In this document: one piece after another, positions 1-9,029 of the stretch | How the letters are laid out: each line of letters opens with the position of its first letter | Numbering within the stretch: the first letter of the stretch is position 1 | Made by a program: the position numbers and the translations under genes | DNA from: Dehalococcoidia bacterium | Lineage (GTDB): Bacteria > Chloroflexota > Dehalococcoidia > UBA6926 | Direction: 5' to 3' | Length of the DNA: 64,000 nt | Assembly: GCA_963666115.2 (NCBI GenBank) | Contig: CAXXET010000006.1 | Coordinates: forward strand, 1 to 64,000 | Notes under the pieces: generated by a model | What the model was told of the DNA's origin: nothing | The model's input: only the letters and a program-made list of their open reading frames with translations | The model's database searches: none

Positions 1-1
1 C

Positions 2-2434
2 AAGCCGGGAAGCAGCGGCGATCACACCAACCGCTTCCGCTTCTTCTCCGAGTGCAAGGACGCGACCGACACCACCAAGGTCAACACCGGCTACCACATG
101 AGGTTCATCATCCTGCCGGACGTCCCCGGCGTCATAACGGGCGAACTGCCCCCTGTGCTCGGCCACGCCAAGCTGGAGATGATGTTCATCGGCTATGAGT
201 ACGGCGCAGTCCACTTCTGGAGCGTTGACGAGCAGGGCAACCCCCACTTCTACCGCAAGACGGACAACAACACCATCACGGGCCCCGTCCCGCTCGAATT
301 CGGCAATCTGGAAGACACCGTCGCCTTCTCCCTCGGCGGCGTCGACCTGTCCTCGTCCTCAGACCTTGAACACGTCTGCGCCCTGACCGATATGGACGCG
401 ATGACCTACCTGTACCTCTTCAAGACCGGAATGAGCGGCGAAATCCCCGCGTGCCTCCACGAAATGGACAAGGCCGGCTTCGTCTCGCTATACCTCAACG
501 ACAACGATCTGTCCGGACGCATCCCCTGGCAGCTCGGCCTCATGGTCAACCAGCGCAGCAACTTCTGGCTCCAGGGCAACCGCCTATCCGGAACCATCCC
601 CTGGCAGCTCAGCAGCCTGGGAACAAGTTCCACAAGGCCCGGCAACCTCAACGTCAACCTCAGCTACAACGACCTCTCCGGCCACATCCCCTGGCAGTTC
701 GCCGCCATGGAGACCGATTACCTCTACCTGAACGACAACAACCTGACCGGCAGCATCCCGCCGCAGATCAACCTCAACAAGGGCTCGTTCGGTCGCCTCT
801 GGCTCCAAAACAACCGCCTCTCCGGAACTATCCCTGCGGAACTCTACGCCGACGGCTCCAACTACACGGCTGTCTGGCAGAGCGTCTGGGACCTCCGCAA
901 CGAGGCCGACTCATGGGAGGACGCCACCACCGCCGACCTGACGACCGACACGCACAAGGCCCCCGTCATACTGCGCGGCAACAACCTCGTCGGCAGCGCC
1001 ACCCTTGACGTCACAACCCCCGGAACCTCCTACAGGGAGGCCGACGGAACCACCAGCATCGACGTCACTGCCGTCATAACTGTCGACGACGCCACCATGA
1101 GCGCCGCCGCATACCCCGGCGGCCTCTACCCCAACGCCCAGATCACGGACGCCGCCGCCGGCAGCATAACCGTGACCGGCATGACCCCCGTCGCCTTCAA
1201 CATCCCCAAGTGCGTCGCCAACGCGGGCAACAGCTACCGCTGCGCCCAGACGACCAAGAGCGCCACCGTCACCATCACCATCCCCATCGATGACAACGTC
1301 TACACCGGCGACCGTTCCATCACCTTCGGCCTCAGCGCGAACAGCTACGCCGGCCCCGGCCGCGATGCCCGCCTCTCCCTCACCGCCGCCTCCCTCGACG
1401 CCCTCCCCACCATCACCATCGAGGAGAACGAGCCTGCGATGGTTCCCCCCGCCTCAAGCGCCCCGTCGCTGGTGCAGGGAGTAGGGCAGTTGACCGTCAC
1501 GTGGGCCGCCCCCAACAACGGCGCTGGCATCTCCGCCTACCAGGTCCAGTACTGCTGGCGCTACTGCGCCAACGCCGCCCAGTGGGCCAATTGGCCCCAC
1601 ACCGGCACGTCGACGACTGCCACGATCACTGGACTGGACTCCACCAGGCAATACCAGGTGAGAGTGCGCGCCAGGAACCTTGCAGGCTGGAGCGCGTGGT
1701 CGCAGACCACCACGGCATCCCCCACCGCCGCCGTGCCCGCCGCCCCGGACGCCCCAACCGTCGTCGCCGAGAAGAGCAGCGATCAGGTGACCGGTTACGC
1801 TGTCTGGCTCACTGTCGATTGGGACAAGCCGAACGAAAACGGCGCGCGCATTAAGGACTACGAAATCCGCCACCGTGAGAAAGGCAGCGGCAGTTGGAGC
1901 AGCAGGACGAAGACCGGCACGGGCTACACCGATGCCTCCATCACCACCAACGTCACCTTCCAGAAAACCTACGAGGTCCAGATCCGCGCCCGCAACAGCG
2001 TCGGCTGGGGCCCATGGTCGCCGTCCGGCGAGGCCACAACCGCCGCCTCCGGCTCCGTGGCGAAGCCGCCGAATACTGACAACCCGGACTTCAACAGGCA
2101 CACCCACAAGGCCGACAACTTGCGCGAGGTCGGCGTCGGCGACTGCGGAAACAGCAGGGTCTTCCACACGCACAGTTGGACGGACGATGGCTGGGGAACC
2201 CACTGGCACTGCCCTGTCGGCGCAGGCCCGATCCAGACCCTGCCGGTCGGCCCGCCCGCCCCGACGGCTACCCCGCCCCCCAACCCGGACAACGGCGACT
2301 TCAACAAGCACACCCACAAGGCCGACAACCTCGGCGAGCTTGGCGTAGGCGATTGCCCCTTCGACCGCGTCTTCCACAACCACAGCTGGACAGACGGCAA
2401 ACAAGGCCAACACTGGCACTGCCAAAAAAGATAA
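2..2434 (+). CDS. Large secreted/surface protein (5'-partial): plant-receptor-type LRRs, two fibronectin type III domains, two C-terminal His/Cys-rich repeats
   Basis: Frame is open back to the window edge. Repeats LxLxxNxLSGxIP; FN3 motifs (LTVTWAAP...YQVRVRARNLAGWSAWS; YEVQIRARNSVGWGPWS); duplicated HTHKADNL..GVGDC..FHxHSWTD..HWHC. Confidence 0.8.
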   Translation, partial: KPGSSGDHTNRFRFFSECKDATDTTKVNTGYHMRFIILPDVPGVITGELPPVLGHAKLEMMFIGYEYGAVHFWSVDEQGNPHFYRKTDNNTITGPVPLEFGNLEDTVAFSLGGVDLSSSSDLEHVCALTDMDAMTYLYLFKTGMSGEIPACLHEMDKAGFVSLYLNDNDLSGRIPWQLGLMVNQRSNFWLQGNRLSGTIPWQLSSLGTSSTRPGNLNVNLSYNDLSGHIPWQFAAMETDYLYLNDNNLTGSIPPQINLNKGSFGRLWLQNNRLSGTIPAELYADGSNYTAVWQSVWDLRNEADSWEDATTADLTTDTHKAPVILRGNNLVGSATLDVTTPGTSYREADGTTSIDVTAVITVDDATMSAAAYPGGLYPNAQITDAAAGSITVTGMTPVAFNIPKCVANAGNSYRCAQTTKSATVTITIPIDDNVYTGDRSITFGLSANSYAGPGRDARLSLTAASLDALPTITIEENEPAMVPPASSAPSLVQGVGQLTVTWAAPNNGAGISAYQVQYCWRYCANAAQWANWPHTGTSTTATITGLDSTRQYQVRVRARNLAGWSAWSQTTTASPTAAVPAAPDAPTVVAEKSSDQVTGYAVWLTVDWDKPNENGARIKDYEIRHREKGSGSWSSRTKTGTGYTDASITTNVTFQKTYEVQIRARNSVGWGPWSPSGEATTAASGSVAKPPNTDNPDFNRHTHKADNLREVGVGDCGNSRVFHTHSWTDDGWGTHWHCPVGAGPIQTLPVGPPAPTATPPPNPDNGDFNKHTHKADNLGELGVGDCPFDRVFHNHSWTDGKQGQHWHCQKR

Positions 2435-2474
2435 AACCACGGAGGGGGGCAAACGCCCCCCTCCACGCCCCCAT

Positions 2475-2584
2475 GTCACCCTGAGCGCCCCCCATGTCAT
2501 TCTGAGCGCAGCGAAGAATCCAAAGCCTCAACTACGCAACCAACCCCCATAACCCCCCCATGTCACCCTGAGCCTGTCGAAGGG
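2475..2584. repeat. REP-like palindrome cluster
   Basis: GTCATTCTGAGCGCAGCGAAGAATC (2496-2520) and GTCACCCTGAGCCTGTCGAAGGG (2562-2584); both motifs recur elsewhere in the window. Confidence 0.8.
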
Positions 2585-2598
2585 CGTACCATGGATGA

Positions 2599-3990
2599 AT
2601 GCCTCCCCCCAAAAAAACCCGTATCTTCTACGGCTGGTGGATCGTCGTCGCCGCCGTCTTCCTCAACATCGTCTTCGGCGGCATCCTCTTCTACGGCTTC
2701 ACCCTCGTCATCGACCCCATCACCGAGGAGATGAACTGGACAAAGACCCAGGTCACCGCCTCCTACCTCTTCATGGGCGTCGGCATCGGCATCCTCGCCC
2801 CCTTCCTCGGCTGGTCGTTTGACAAGGTCGGCCCCCGCCCCCTCCTCGTCTTTGGCCTCTCCGGCCTCGGCCTCAGCCTCATCATGCTCCACGGCGTCGA
2901 AAGCCTCCCCATGTTCTACCTCTGGTTCTCACTCGCCAACGCCAGCTCCGTCGGCATGTGGATGGCCGTCGGCCCAGCCGTCGCCAACTGGTTCGTCCGC
3001 ATGAGAGGACGCGCCCTCGGCGTCTACTCCCTCGGATTTGCCTTCGCCGGCTTCATGGCCCCCCCCTTCCTCTGGCTCGTCGATGGCGTCGACTACGGCT
3101 GGCTCGTCTTTGACGGCGTCGGCTGGCGCGATGCCTTCCTCGTCGCCGGCATCGTCTTCCTCATCATGCTCCCCTTCGCCGTCCTCATCATCCGCCACCG
3201 ACCCGAGGACATGGGACTCTACCCCGACGGCGCCGACGAGCCCCCCGCCGAGACCGCCATGACAACCGGCGCGGCCGTCTCCGACGATGTGGAAGTCAAC
3301 GCCACCGCCTGGCAAGCGCTCCGCACGTGGGCCTTCTGGCTGCTCGCCGTCGCATCCGCCTTTGGATTCCTGGCGATTGCCACCCTCCAGGTCCACTGGG
3401 TGCCCTACCTCGGCAGCGTAGGATTCTCACGAGAGACCGCCGCGTTGTACCTGACCCTGCTCCCCCTCAGCACCGTCATGGGACGCCTCACCTTCGGATT
3501 CCTGGCCGACTGGATGGACAAGCGACGCGTGACGGCCCTCGCATTCGGCACCCAGGCCTGCGCCGTCTTCACGCTCGCCTGGGTCGACGAAACCCGCGAG
3601 TGGACCGTCCTCATCTTCCTGGTCTTCTGGGGATTCGGCTTCGGAGGCACCGTCGTCACCAGGATGGCATTGCAAGGCTTCCTCTTCGGACGAAACTCCT
3701 TCGGCGCATTGCAAGGAGCCCTCTCCATGACCAGCGAAGCAGGCTTCGCCCTGGCCCCCTTCCTGGCCAGCATAGCCTTCGAAAGCCTGGGCACCTACCG
3801 CCCAGCCTTCCTAACCTTCGCCCTACTCTGCTTCATATCCGTCCCCCTAACCCTCCTAATCAAACGCCCCGGCCTAGCCGCCCGCGGCTACCCCCCCACC
3901 CCCACCCAACCCCCCCGCGAACAGGACGAACCCCACCCCCCCACCCCCGAAGAAACCCCCTCCGAACAACCCACCCCCCACTCCCCCTGA
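2599..3990 (+). CDS. MFS transporter
   Basis: About 12 hydrophobic segments; typical N-terminal IFYGWWIV; motif A-like GWSFDKVGPR and GFLADWMDKRR. Confidence 0.9.
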   Translation: MPPPKKTRIFYGWWIVVAAVFLNIVFGGILFYGFTLVIDPITEEMNWTKTQVTASYLFMGVGIGILAPFLGWSFDKVGPRPLLVFGLSGLGLSLIMLHGVESLPMFYLWFSLANASSVGMWMAVGPAVANWFVRMRGRALGVYSLGFAFAGFMAPPFLWLVDGVDYGWLVFDGVGWRDAFLVAGIVFLIMLPFAVLIIRHRPEDMGLYPDGADEPPAETAMTTGAAVSDDVEVNATAWQALRTWAFWLLAVASAFGFLAIATLQVHWVPYLGSVGFSRETAALYLTLLPLSTVMGRLTFGFLADWMDKRRVTALAFGTQACAVFTLAWVDETREWTVLIFLVFWGFGFGGTVVTRMALQGFLFGRNSFGALQGALSMTSEAGFALAPFLASIAFESLGTYRPAFLTFALLCFISVPLTLLIKRPGLAARGYPPTPTQPPREQDEPHPPTPEETPSEQPTPHSP

Positions 3991-4016
3991 CCCCAGTCAA
4001 AGGGCGACGCCCGCCC

Positions 4017-4362
4017 CCGTCCGTCATCCCCGCCCCCCCGTCCGTCATTCCCGCCCCCCGTCCGTCATTCCCGCGAAAGCGGGAATCTGGCACACATCAC
4101 GCAACCCACTCCGTAACGCCCCCCCTTTTTCCCGCGAAAGTGGGAATCCACCCCCCTCCGTCATTCCGGCGAAAGCCGGAATCCATCGGGAATGTCATTC
4201 TGAGCGCAGCGAAGAATCCAAAGACCCAATGGTGCCCCCCCGTTCACCCTGAGCCCGTCGAAGAGCGCCCCCCCCCCGCCCCCCGTCCGTCATTCCCACG
4301 CACGCGGGAATCTGAATCGTACAGTGCTAACCAAGTACCTTGGGCGCAGTCGAAGGGTGAGT
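4017..4362. repeat. Dense mosaic REP-like cluster (BIME/NIME-like)
   Basis: GTCATTCCCGCGAAAGCGGGAATC 4064-4087 with variants at ~4127-4148, 4160-4183 and 4289-4312; GTCATTCTGAGCGCAGCGAAGAATC 4194-4218; GTTCACCCTGAGCCCGTCGAAG 4242-4263; partial tandem copies 4017-4060. Confidence 0.85.
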
Positions 4363-4484
4363 GGCCCTCACCCAATATCTCCCCAGTCTCTCACTACTCC
4401 GTGGGAAGAGGGCGTGCATCATGTGCTCGGGGAAAGTATCCTAAAGGTCACCGACTGGATTCGTGTATGGAGAGGGGTGCCACT

Positions 4485-4898
4485 GTGATTTTTGGTTTCG
4501 GGTATGAGGAGCAACCACGCCGGCGAAAGTCCTTTGGCAAGAAAGAAAGGGACGCCCTGTTCAAATTGCAGAATGGCAGATGCATGTACTGTGGCAAGAA
4601 GGAGCGCGAGGCAACATACTTTGACATCGACCACAAGACACCTATGGCACGAAATGGATCCGACTCGTTCTCCAACTTGCAGCTGCTCTGTCGCCCCTGC
4701 AACACTCGCAAAGGTGCCATGACGGACGGCCAATTCCGCAAGGCGTATGGTCTGACTCCTGCGTCCAAGGCAAAAGGGCCACCGACCAAAGTCGTCCCGC
4801 AGAGTAAGTTTGAGAAGATATCCAAAGAAATCGCAGCCAAGAAAACCCAGAAGCGGAAGCGTGCCCCACAACGCGAACCGAGCATTTTTGACTGGTAG
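4485..4898 (+). CDS. HNH endonuclease
   Basis: CMYC...DIDHKTPMARNGSDSFSNLQLLCRPCNTRKG; GTG start after GGAGAGGGG (alternative ATG at 4467). Confidence 0.85.
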   Translation: MIFGFGYEEQPRRRKSFGKKERDALFKLQNGRCMYCGKKEREATYFDIDHKTPMARNGSDSFSNLQLLCRPCNTRKGAMTDGQFRKAYGLTPASKAKGPPTKVVPQSKFEKISKEIAAKKTQKRKRAPQREPSIFDW

Positions 4899-4921
4899 GC
4901 AGGCGCTGGCATAAAGAACCA

Positions 4922-5098
4922 ATGTCAGACCTGATCACACACCTAAAGCCATTCAACCGTAAAGAGCGGTATTGGCTCCTACACGAAGCGCTACGTGACG
5001 ATACATTTAGACTCGGCGGCGAGTTCCGTGAGAAACTCGGCAAGCTGCTTTGCATGCAGATTCCTGGGGACGCGTACGTGGCAATGCTCAACCATTAG
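4922..5098 (+). pseudogene. Short ORF, probably a 3'-truncated hypothetical gene (MSDLITHLKPFNRKERYWLL...DAYVAM)
   Basis: 58-aa ORF directly after the HNH gene; protein-like N-terminus that ends abruptly. Confidence 0.4.
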
Positions 5099-5199
5099 CT
5101 CCGGTGGGCGCCGAGTTCGGGGATAAGGTTCGTTCCCATCTCGTGATGTTGCATTGAGAGCCCCTCACCTCCGGCAACGGCCAAGTCTGACACCCCCCC

Positions 5200-5601
5200 T
5201 CACCCCCGCGGCGGCGTAACAATCTCGCAGCGAACCCCAGGAACCGCCCTCAAACGCAAATCCCCGGTAACCAGCTGGCAATCGTTCTCCTCCGCGATGG
5301 CGATGTACCAGGCGTCATACGCTGACGTATTATGCCGCAACTCCCAGGCGCGCCGGACATACGGTAAAAACTCGTGCAGGCCGATATGGATGCCGATGAT
5401 GTCCAGCAGCGCCGATTCAGCTTTCTGCTGGGAGATCGCGCCCCGGTACTCCATCCTCCGCAGAGCGTTGCTCGCCTCCGCGTACACCAGGGAAGGCCCG
5501 ATTAGCCCGCCCTCATCGAAGATTGACCGGGCCCACTGGCCCCGAGGTCCCTCATCCGTATGTGCGAGCACCAACGCGGACGCATCCGCGACCCGTGTCA
5601 C
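5200..5601 (-). CDS. vapC: VapC/PIN-domain toxin (copy 1)
   Basis: VADASAL, YAEASNAL, SAYDAWYIAIA, LVTGDLRL are the PIN acidic-residue motifs; overlaps the antitoxin stop. Confidence 0.9.
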   Translation of the reverse strand: MTRVADASALVLAHTDEGPRGQWARSIFDEGGLIGPSLVYAEASNALRRMEYRGAISQQKAESALLDIIGIHIGLHEFLPYVRRAWELRHNTSAYDAWYIAIAEENDCQLVTGDLRLRAVPGVRCEIVTPPRG

Positions 5602-5858
5602 CGGCGATCCTGGTGAATAGCCTCGACGATCATCTCAGGCGATACCGACGACGGCTCCTCCTTCAGACGCGCCCGCGCCCTTTCCATGGACTCGTGCGCG
5701 GTCATCGTCCCGCTGCGCCAAACGCCGTTGGCCATAGACGTCAACTGGAGGCGCAGATACTCATCCAGCGACTCCTTGCGCCCATCCGCCCGCTCCTGCA
5801 GCTTCTGAAGCGTCTCGTCCGAAATCCCCTCGATAGTGAGCGTGTGTGACTTATCCAT
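5598..5858 (-). CDS. FitA-like ribbon-helix-helix antitoxin (copy 1)
   Basis: [19 protein letters not shown]...SLDEYLR; immediately upstream of the PIN gene with a 4-bp overlap. Confidence 0.8.
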   Translation of the reverse strand: MDKSHTLTIEGISDETLQKLQERADGRKESLDEYLRLQLTSMANGVWRSGTMTAHESMERARARLKEEPSSVSPEMIVEAIHQDRR

Positions 5859-5875
5859 AACCCCAGTCTACCACC

Positions 5876-6469
5876 CTAATAATGATCAACATACCGATCC
5901 CCCGCCAACACACGCGTACCCCGCCGCCTATCATAAACATAACGCTCAGGATCATCCGGCCCCGACGCCAAAAGCATCAAAACCACCGCAGGCATCGACG
6001 ACGTCACCTCCATCGTATGAATATCCATCTCAGGCGGCAGAATCGCCGCGATATCCCCCGCCTTCAACCGACGCCGGGTAGTCCGTTTAATCACAGACCC
6101 ATCATCCGACCTGTCCGGGTCGGGAGTATAAGACACCTCCCGCGCCGCCCCCTGGTACATCCCCGCCAACCCCCACCGAGCCCCGTGGTCGTGTATGGGC
6201 GTCTTATGCCCGGGCGGAATGACGGACACCAGCAAGCTCAACGAGCGGTCCGCCGACCGAAAAATGATCCACCGGCTGACCTCTGTGGGCGGCGTCTCCC
6301 GGTACTCATCCGGCAAAAAATTCTCCATCAACAAGTGACGGAAAGGGTCGATTGTTCTGCGGATGAGCGTCACCGGGTCAGCCACGCTCACCGCCACGCC
6401 TCCCAGTTGACCGAGGAACGTCCCAAGCGCGGGATGATCGACGCGCAAATCAGAAGTCACAACACGCAC
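5876..6469 (-). CDS. Cysteine dioxygenase-like cupin (allele d)
   Basis: PPGHKTPIHDHGARWG and DIHTM 3-His cupin motifs; near-identical protein to 13219-13812 and 18316-18909. Confidence 0.75.
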   Translation of the reverse strand: MRVVTSDLRVDHPALGTFLGQLGGVAVSVADPVTLIRRTIDPFRHLLMENFLPDEYRETPPTEVSRWIIFRSADRSLSLLVSVIPPGHKTPIHDHGARWGLAGMYQGAAREVSYTPDPDRSDDGSVIKRTTRRRLKAGDIAAILPPEMDIHTMEVTSSMPAVVLMLLASGPDDPERYVYDRRRGTRVLAGDRYVDHY

Positions 6470-6633
6470 CGATCCTGACGACTACACCTCGCGGAACTCA
6501 CCCTCAACCGTCTCCGGATCATCGGCGGAGGTCTCCTCACCCTCTTTTTCCCGCGAACGCGGGAACCCATCCCCATCCGGCCCCTGCTGCGAGTACATCG
6601 ACTGCCCGATCTCCTGCACCAGCCTGTTCAACT

Positions 6634-7372
6634 GGTTCTGTAACATTTGGGAGGGATTAGTCAAAGTAACACCGTCCCTCATGCCCGTGGGGCTGTGGGC
6701 GCACTATGAGTAGACGTTGCTCTGCCCTTTGCACTTCTTGGAGACACCCGTTATAGGGATTTGAGATCATACTCGCATACTCTTCAACAATGTGAGGCGG
6801 AATACCATATCTCCAAGCAGTCATCATTACTACTGCCTCTCGTCTAACCTCACCTCCGCTTTGGACAAGCTGCGCGATATATCGCGTGCCATGATCCCGT
6901 CGTGCCATTGACAAGAGGTGTACGGGTTTGACGTGGACTCTGAGCGGGATACCCCTCCTATATTCACCCAGCGAGAACGGACGGGCGGGTGGGTATTCCG
7001 CGTTAAGGCGGCAAGCGGACAGTGCAACTCCGATAGCCCCTCGACTTATGTGCCTTAGCCTGCGCTCAACTGCACGGAGTATTCGATCTGCCCTATGGCG
7101 CCCCTGCAATATTTGCTCATCACTTGGCACTGTACTCCCTTTGTGCAGATTGCATTCAGCACAGACTAACTGCAGGTTCTCCAAGAAGCTCTTTCCCCCT
7201 TTCGACACCGGCCAGATATGATCGACTTGCATATCATCTAACAGGACACTCTGGCACAAAGCACATTTCCCGCGTTGTGCCCAGTAGAGTGCGGGAGCAT
7301 GATTCCGATAGTTAGGCGACTTTGCCATCTCCCCTCCCCTGATTAGAGTACCCCCTAAAATGGTACAGAACC
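6634..7372. mobile_element. 739-bp non-autonomous element with IS6-like terminal inverted repeats carrying an HNH gene
   Basis: Left end GGTTCTGTAACATTT; right end AAATGGTACAGAACC (14/15 inverted match); flanked by 8-bp direct repeat GTTCAACT (6626-6633, 7373-7380); no transposase inside. Confidence 0.85.
6657..7328 (-). CDS. HNH endonuclease with C-terminal extension of unknown function
   Basis: CALC...QVDHIWPVSKGGKSFLENLQLVCAECNLHKG; ATG 7328 follows AGGGGAGGGGAG and lies inside the element. Confidence 0.85.
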   Translation of the reverse strand: MAKSPNYRNHAPALYWAQRGKCALCQSVLLDDMQVDHIWPVSKGGKSFLENLQLVCAECNLHKGSTVPSDEQILQGRHRADRILRAVERRLRHISRGAIGVALSACRLNAEYPPARPFSLGEYRRGIPLRVHVKPVHLLSMARRDHGTRYIAQLVQSGGEVRREAVVMMTAWRYGIPPHIVEEYASMISNPYNGCLQEVQRAEQRLLIVRPQPHGHEGRCYFD

Positions 7373-7398
7373 GTTCAACTCCTCTGTCAGTGTACCCA

Positions 7399-7620
7399 CT
7401 TGTGTTCGCCTCCGGCGCCGCGCTTCTGGGGACTTTCATTGCCGTCGTTATATGGGGAAACCAAGCCGTTCCGTTCATGGAAACCCTCGCAACGCCGCTC
7501 AACTTCTTCGTTGAGGTTGGATTGCCGGCCGCAGGAATGGTGGGCGGAATTGAGATTGCGCAAAAACTGAGCGGCTGGTTGGGCATTGGCCGGGCGCCTA
7601 AGTGCCGCCTGCGGCCCTAG
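7399..7620 (+). pseudogene. 3' remnant of a membrane-protein gene, cut at the dnaK junction
   Basis: Hydrophobic frame LVFASGAALLGTFIAVVIWG...RLRP* starts where dnaK homology stops; the ATG at 7360 lies in the element's TIR and is fortuitous. Confidence 0.5.
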
Positions 7621-7714
7621 CTAAGGAAAGGGACTTACGCCGCAAGCTACACATCCCCAGACGGAGCCAGTGCGGCCCCTAGCACGCTGTCATTGCCTAT
7701 CCTTTCCTAGCCGG

Positions 7715-8962
7715 CTACACAGGCTCGCATTCCAGAGCGGTGCTGGGCGATTTGGCATAGGCGTACCAGCAGTTGTAAAGGGCTAGCGCCGCGTTCCTGA
7801 CGGCCACTTGCTCTGTATGTTCGATGGTCAGCCGGTTGTACTCATTCTTGGCCTTGTTGCACCAGTACGAGCGGTTGAAGTTCGTTCCGCAATCAACATC
7901 CTTGATGGTGCCATCCGGCAACTGATTGATTGACAACTGGTAGCGCTCGATGGTCTCCCAGTGCCTCTCCCGCTCAGCCTCAATCTCCTTCAACTTGGCC
8001 TCGGCGGTCTCAAACGCGGCTTTGGCCGCATTGACGTTCTGCCGAATATCGGCATTGCCGGAGCAACGCGGGTCGCTGCATGGCCTGATGTTCGTGACGA
8101 TGTATTCGATGTTGGCGTAGGGAATCCAGCAGGGATCGGGGTTGGGATTGCTGTCACCCTGCGTCCGGTAGGAATACTCTCCGCCTACCTCACGCTCGTC
8201 GATCACGCGATGCACCGTGGAGCCGCTGAGACACCCTCCGGGTGGGCTAAATGCCACGATAGTACCGACATCAATATCCGCGTGCGACGTGGGGCGGATC
8301 CCGTCCGCCTGATCCTCGCACGTGATGGCAGGCTCCATACTGCCGGTGCAGGCAAAGAACAGCGTGGTCACGCCATTGCTTGATGTGCCGATGATTGGAC
8401 CTAGAGGTTCAGGCGTGGGAAGGGCGCTTGACGGCTCATCTTCCCGCAGGGCCGCGCCCTTGGCGTTCAGAGCGGAGGAAAAGTCCGTCTCCTCAAACCA
8501 GCCGACGACCGTTTCCAGGTTGTATCCCTGCTCAACGGCAAGCACGCACGCGCCAACCGTGTCGTCCGTCGCCAGTGCCGGTGGCTTTTGTCTCTGCTCT
8601 CTTTGACTGTATTCAAATCGCTCAGCGTCAATCTCGCTGAGCAGCTTCCTGCACTGCTCGGCTGCTACGGCCGAGGAGAGCGGCGTGGGCGTCGCTGTTG
8701 GGGGCGGACCCTCTGGCGTCTCAGTCGGCAATGGGGTCACAGTCGGCTCCGGCATGGCTGTTGGGGTCGGAGGGGTGGCTGTGGGCGTCGCTGTTGGGGG
8801 CGGACCCACCGGCGCCTCAGTCGGCAGTGGCGTGGCCGTCGGGGTTGGAGGGGTGGCTGTGGGCGTCGCTGTCACGACAATGACATCCGGCGTGCTTGAG
8901 CAACCCGTCAGCGCACTCACTGCAAGTGCGGCGATTACTAGTAGCGTCAATGTCTTCTTCAT
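7715..8962 (-). CDS. Lipoprotein with Pro/Thr-rich linker and S26B (SipW/Sec11-like) peptidase domain
   Basis: Lipobox ALTGC; duplicated TATPTATPPTPTA..PTE.P.GPPP; GSMEPAI, GTIVAF, TVHRVI, YRTQGDSNPNPD motifs. Confidence 0.7.
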   Translation of the reverse strand: MKKTLTLLVIAALAVSALTGCSSTPDVIVVTATPTATPPTPTATPLPTEAPVGPPPTATPTATPPTPTAMPEPTVTPLPTETPEGPPPTATPTPLSSAVAAEQCRKLLSEIDAERFEYSQREQRQKPPALATDDTVGACVLAVEQGYNLETVVGWFEETDFSSALNAKGAALREDEPSSALPTPEPLGPIIGTSSNGVTTLFFACTGSMEPAITCEDQADGIRPTSHADIDVGTIVAFSPPGGCLSGSTVHRVIDEREVGGEYSYRTQGDSNPNPDPCWIPYANIEYIVTNIRPCSDPRCSGNADIRQNVNAAKAAFETAEAKLKEIEAERERHWETIERYQLSINQLPDGTIKDVDCGTNFNRSYWCNKAKNEYNRLTIEHTEQVAVRNAALALYNCWYAYAKSPSTALECEPV

Positions 8963-9029
8963 ATCAGTCTCTCGCCCTGTCTATCCCCAGCATCCGTGCG
9001 TTGCGTAGTTTGGGATATAATTCCCCCCC

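Larger units (their letters stand above)
6482..7398 (-). pseudogene. dnaK: dnaK 3' fragment (~170 bp: 6482-6633 plus 7381-7398), split by an inserted element
   Basis: 6482-6633 matches the dnaK 3' end ([10 protein letters not shown]...EGEFREV*). GTTCAACTCCTCTGTCAGTGTACCCA at 7373-7398 continues the dnaK sequence seen at 19066-19091. Confidence 0.9.

Noticed and set aside
4017-4362. Possible CRISPR array
   Set aside because: Repeats are of mixed families with irregular spacing, recur singly elsewhere, and no cas genes are present.
3327-4898. 523-aa ORF
   Set aside because: Off-frame read-through of the MFS gene and REP cluster; only the HNH part from ~4485 is credible.
6634-6682. ORF-track starts for the dnaK-tail ORFs (6682, 14334) and the long HNH ORF (7586)
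   Set aside because: These starts cross non-homologous junctions or element ends and are fortuitous fusions; expression of DnaK lid fragments is unsupported.
7610-7712. Short direct and inverted repeats (TGCGGCCC.TAG; AGGAAAGG/CCTTTCCT)
   Set aside because: Too short and too widely spaced to distinguish from chance.
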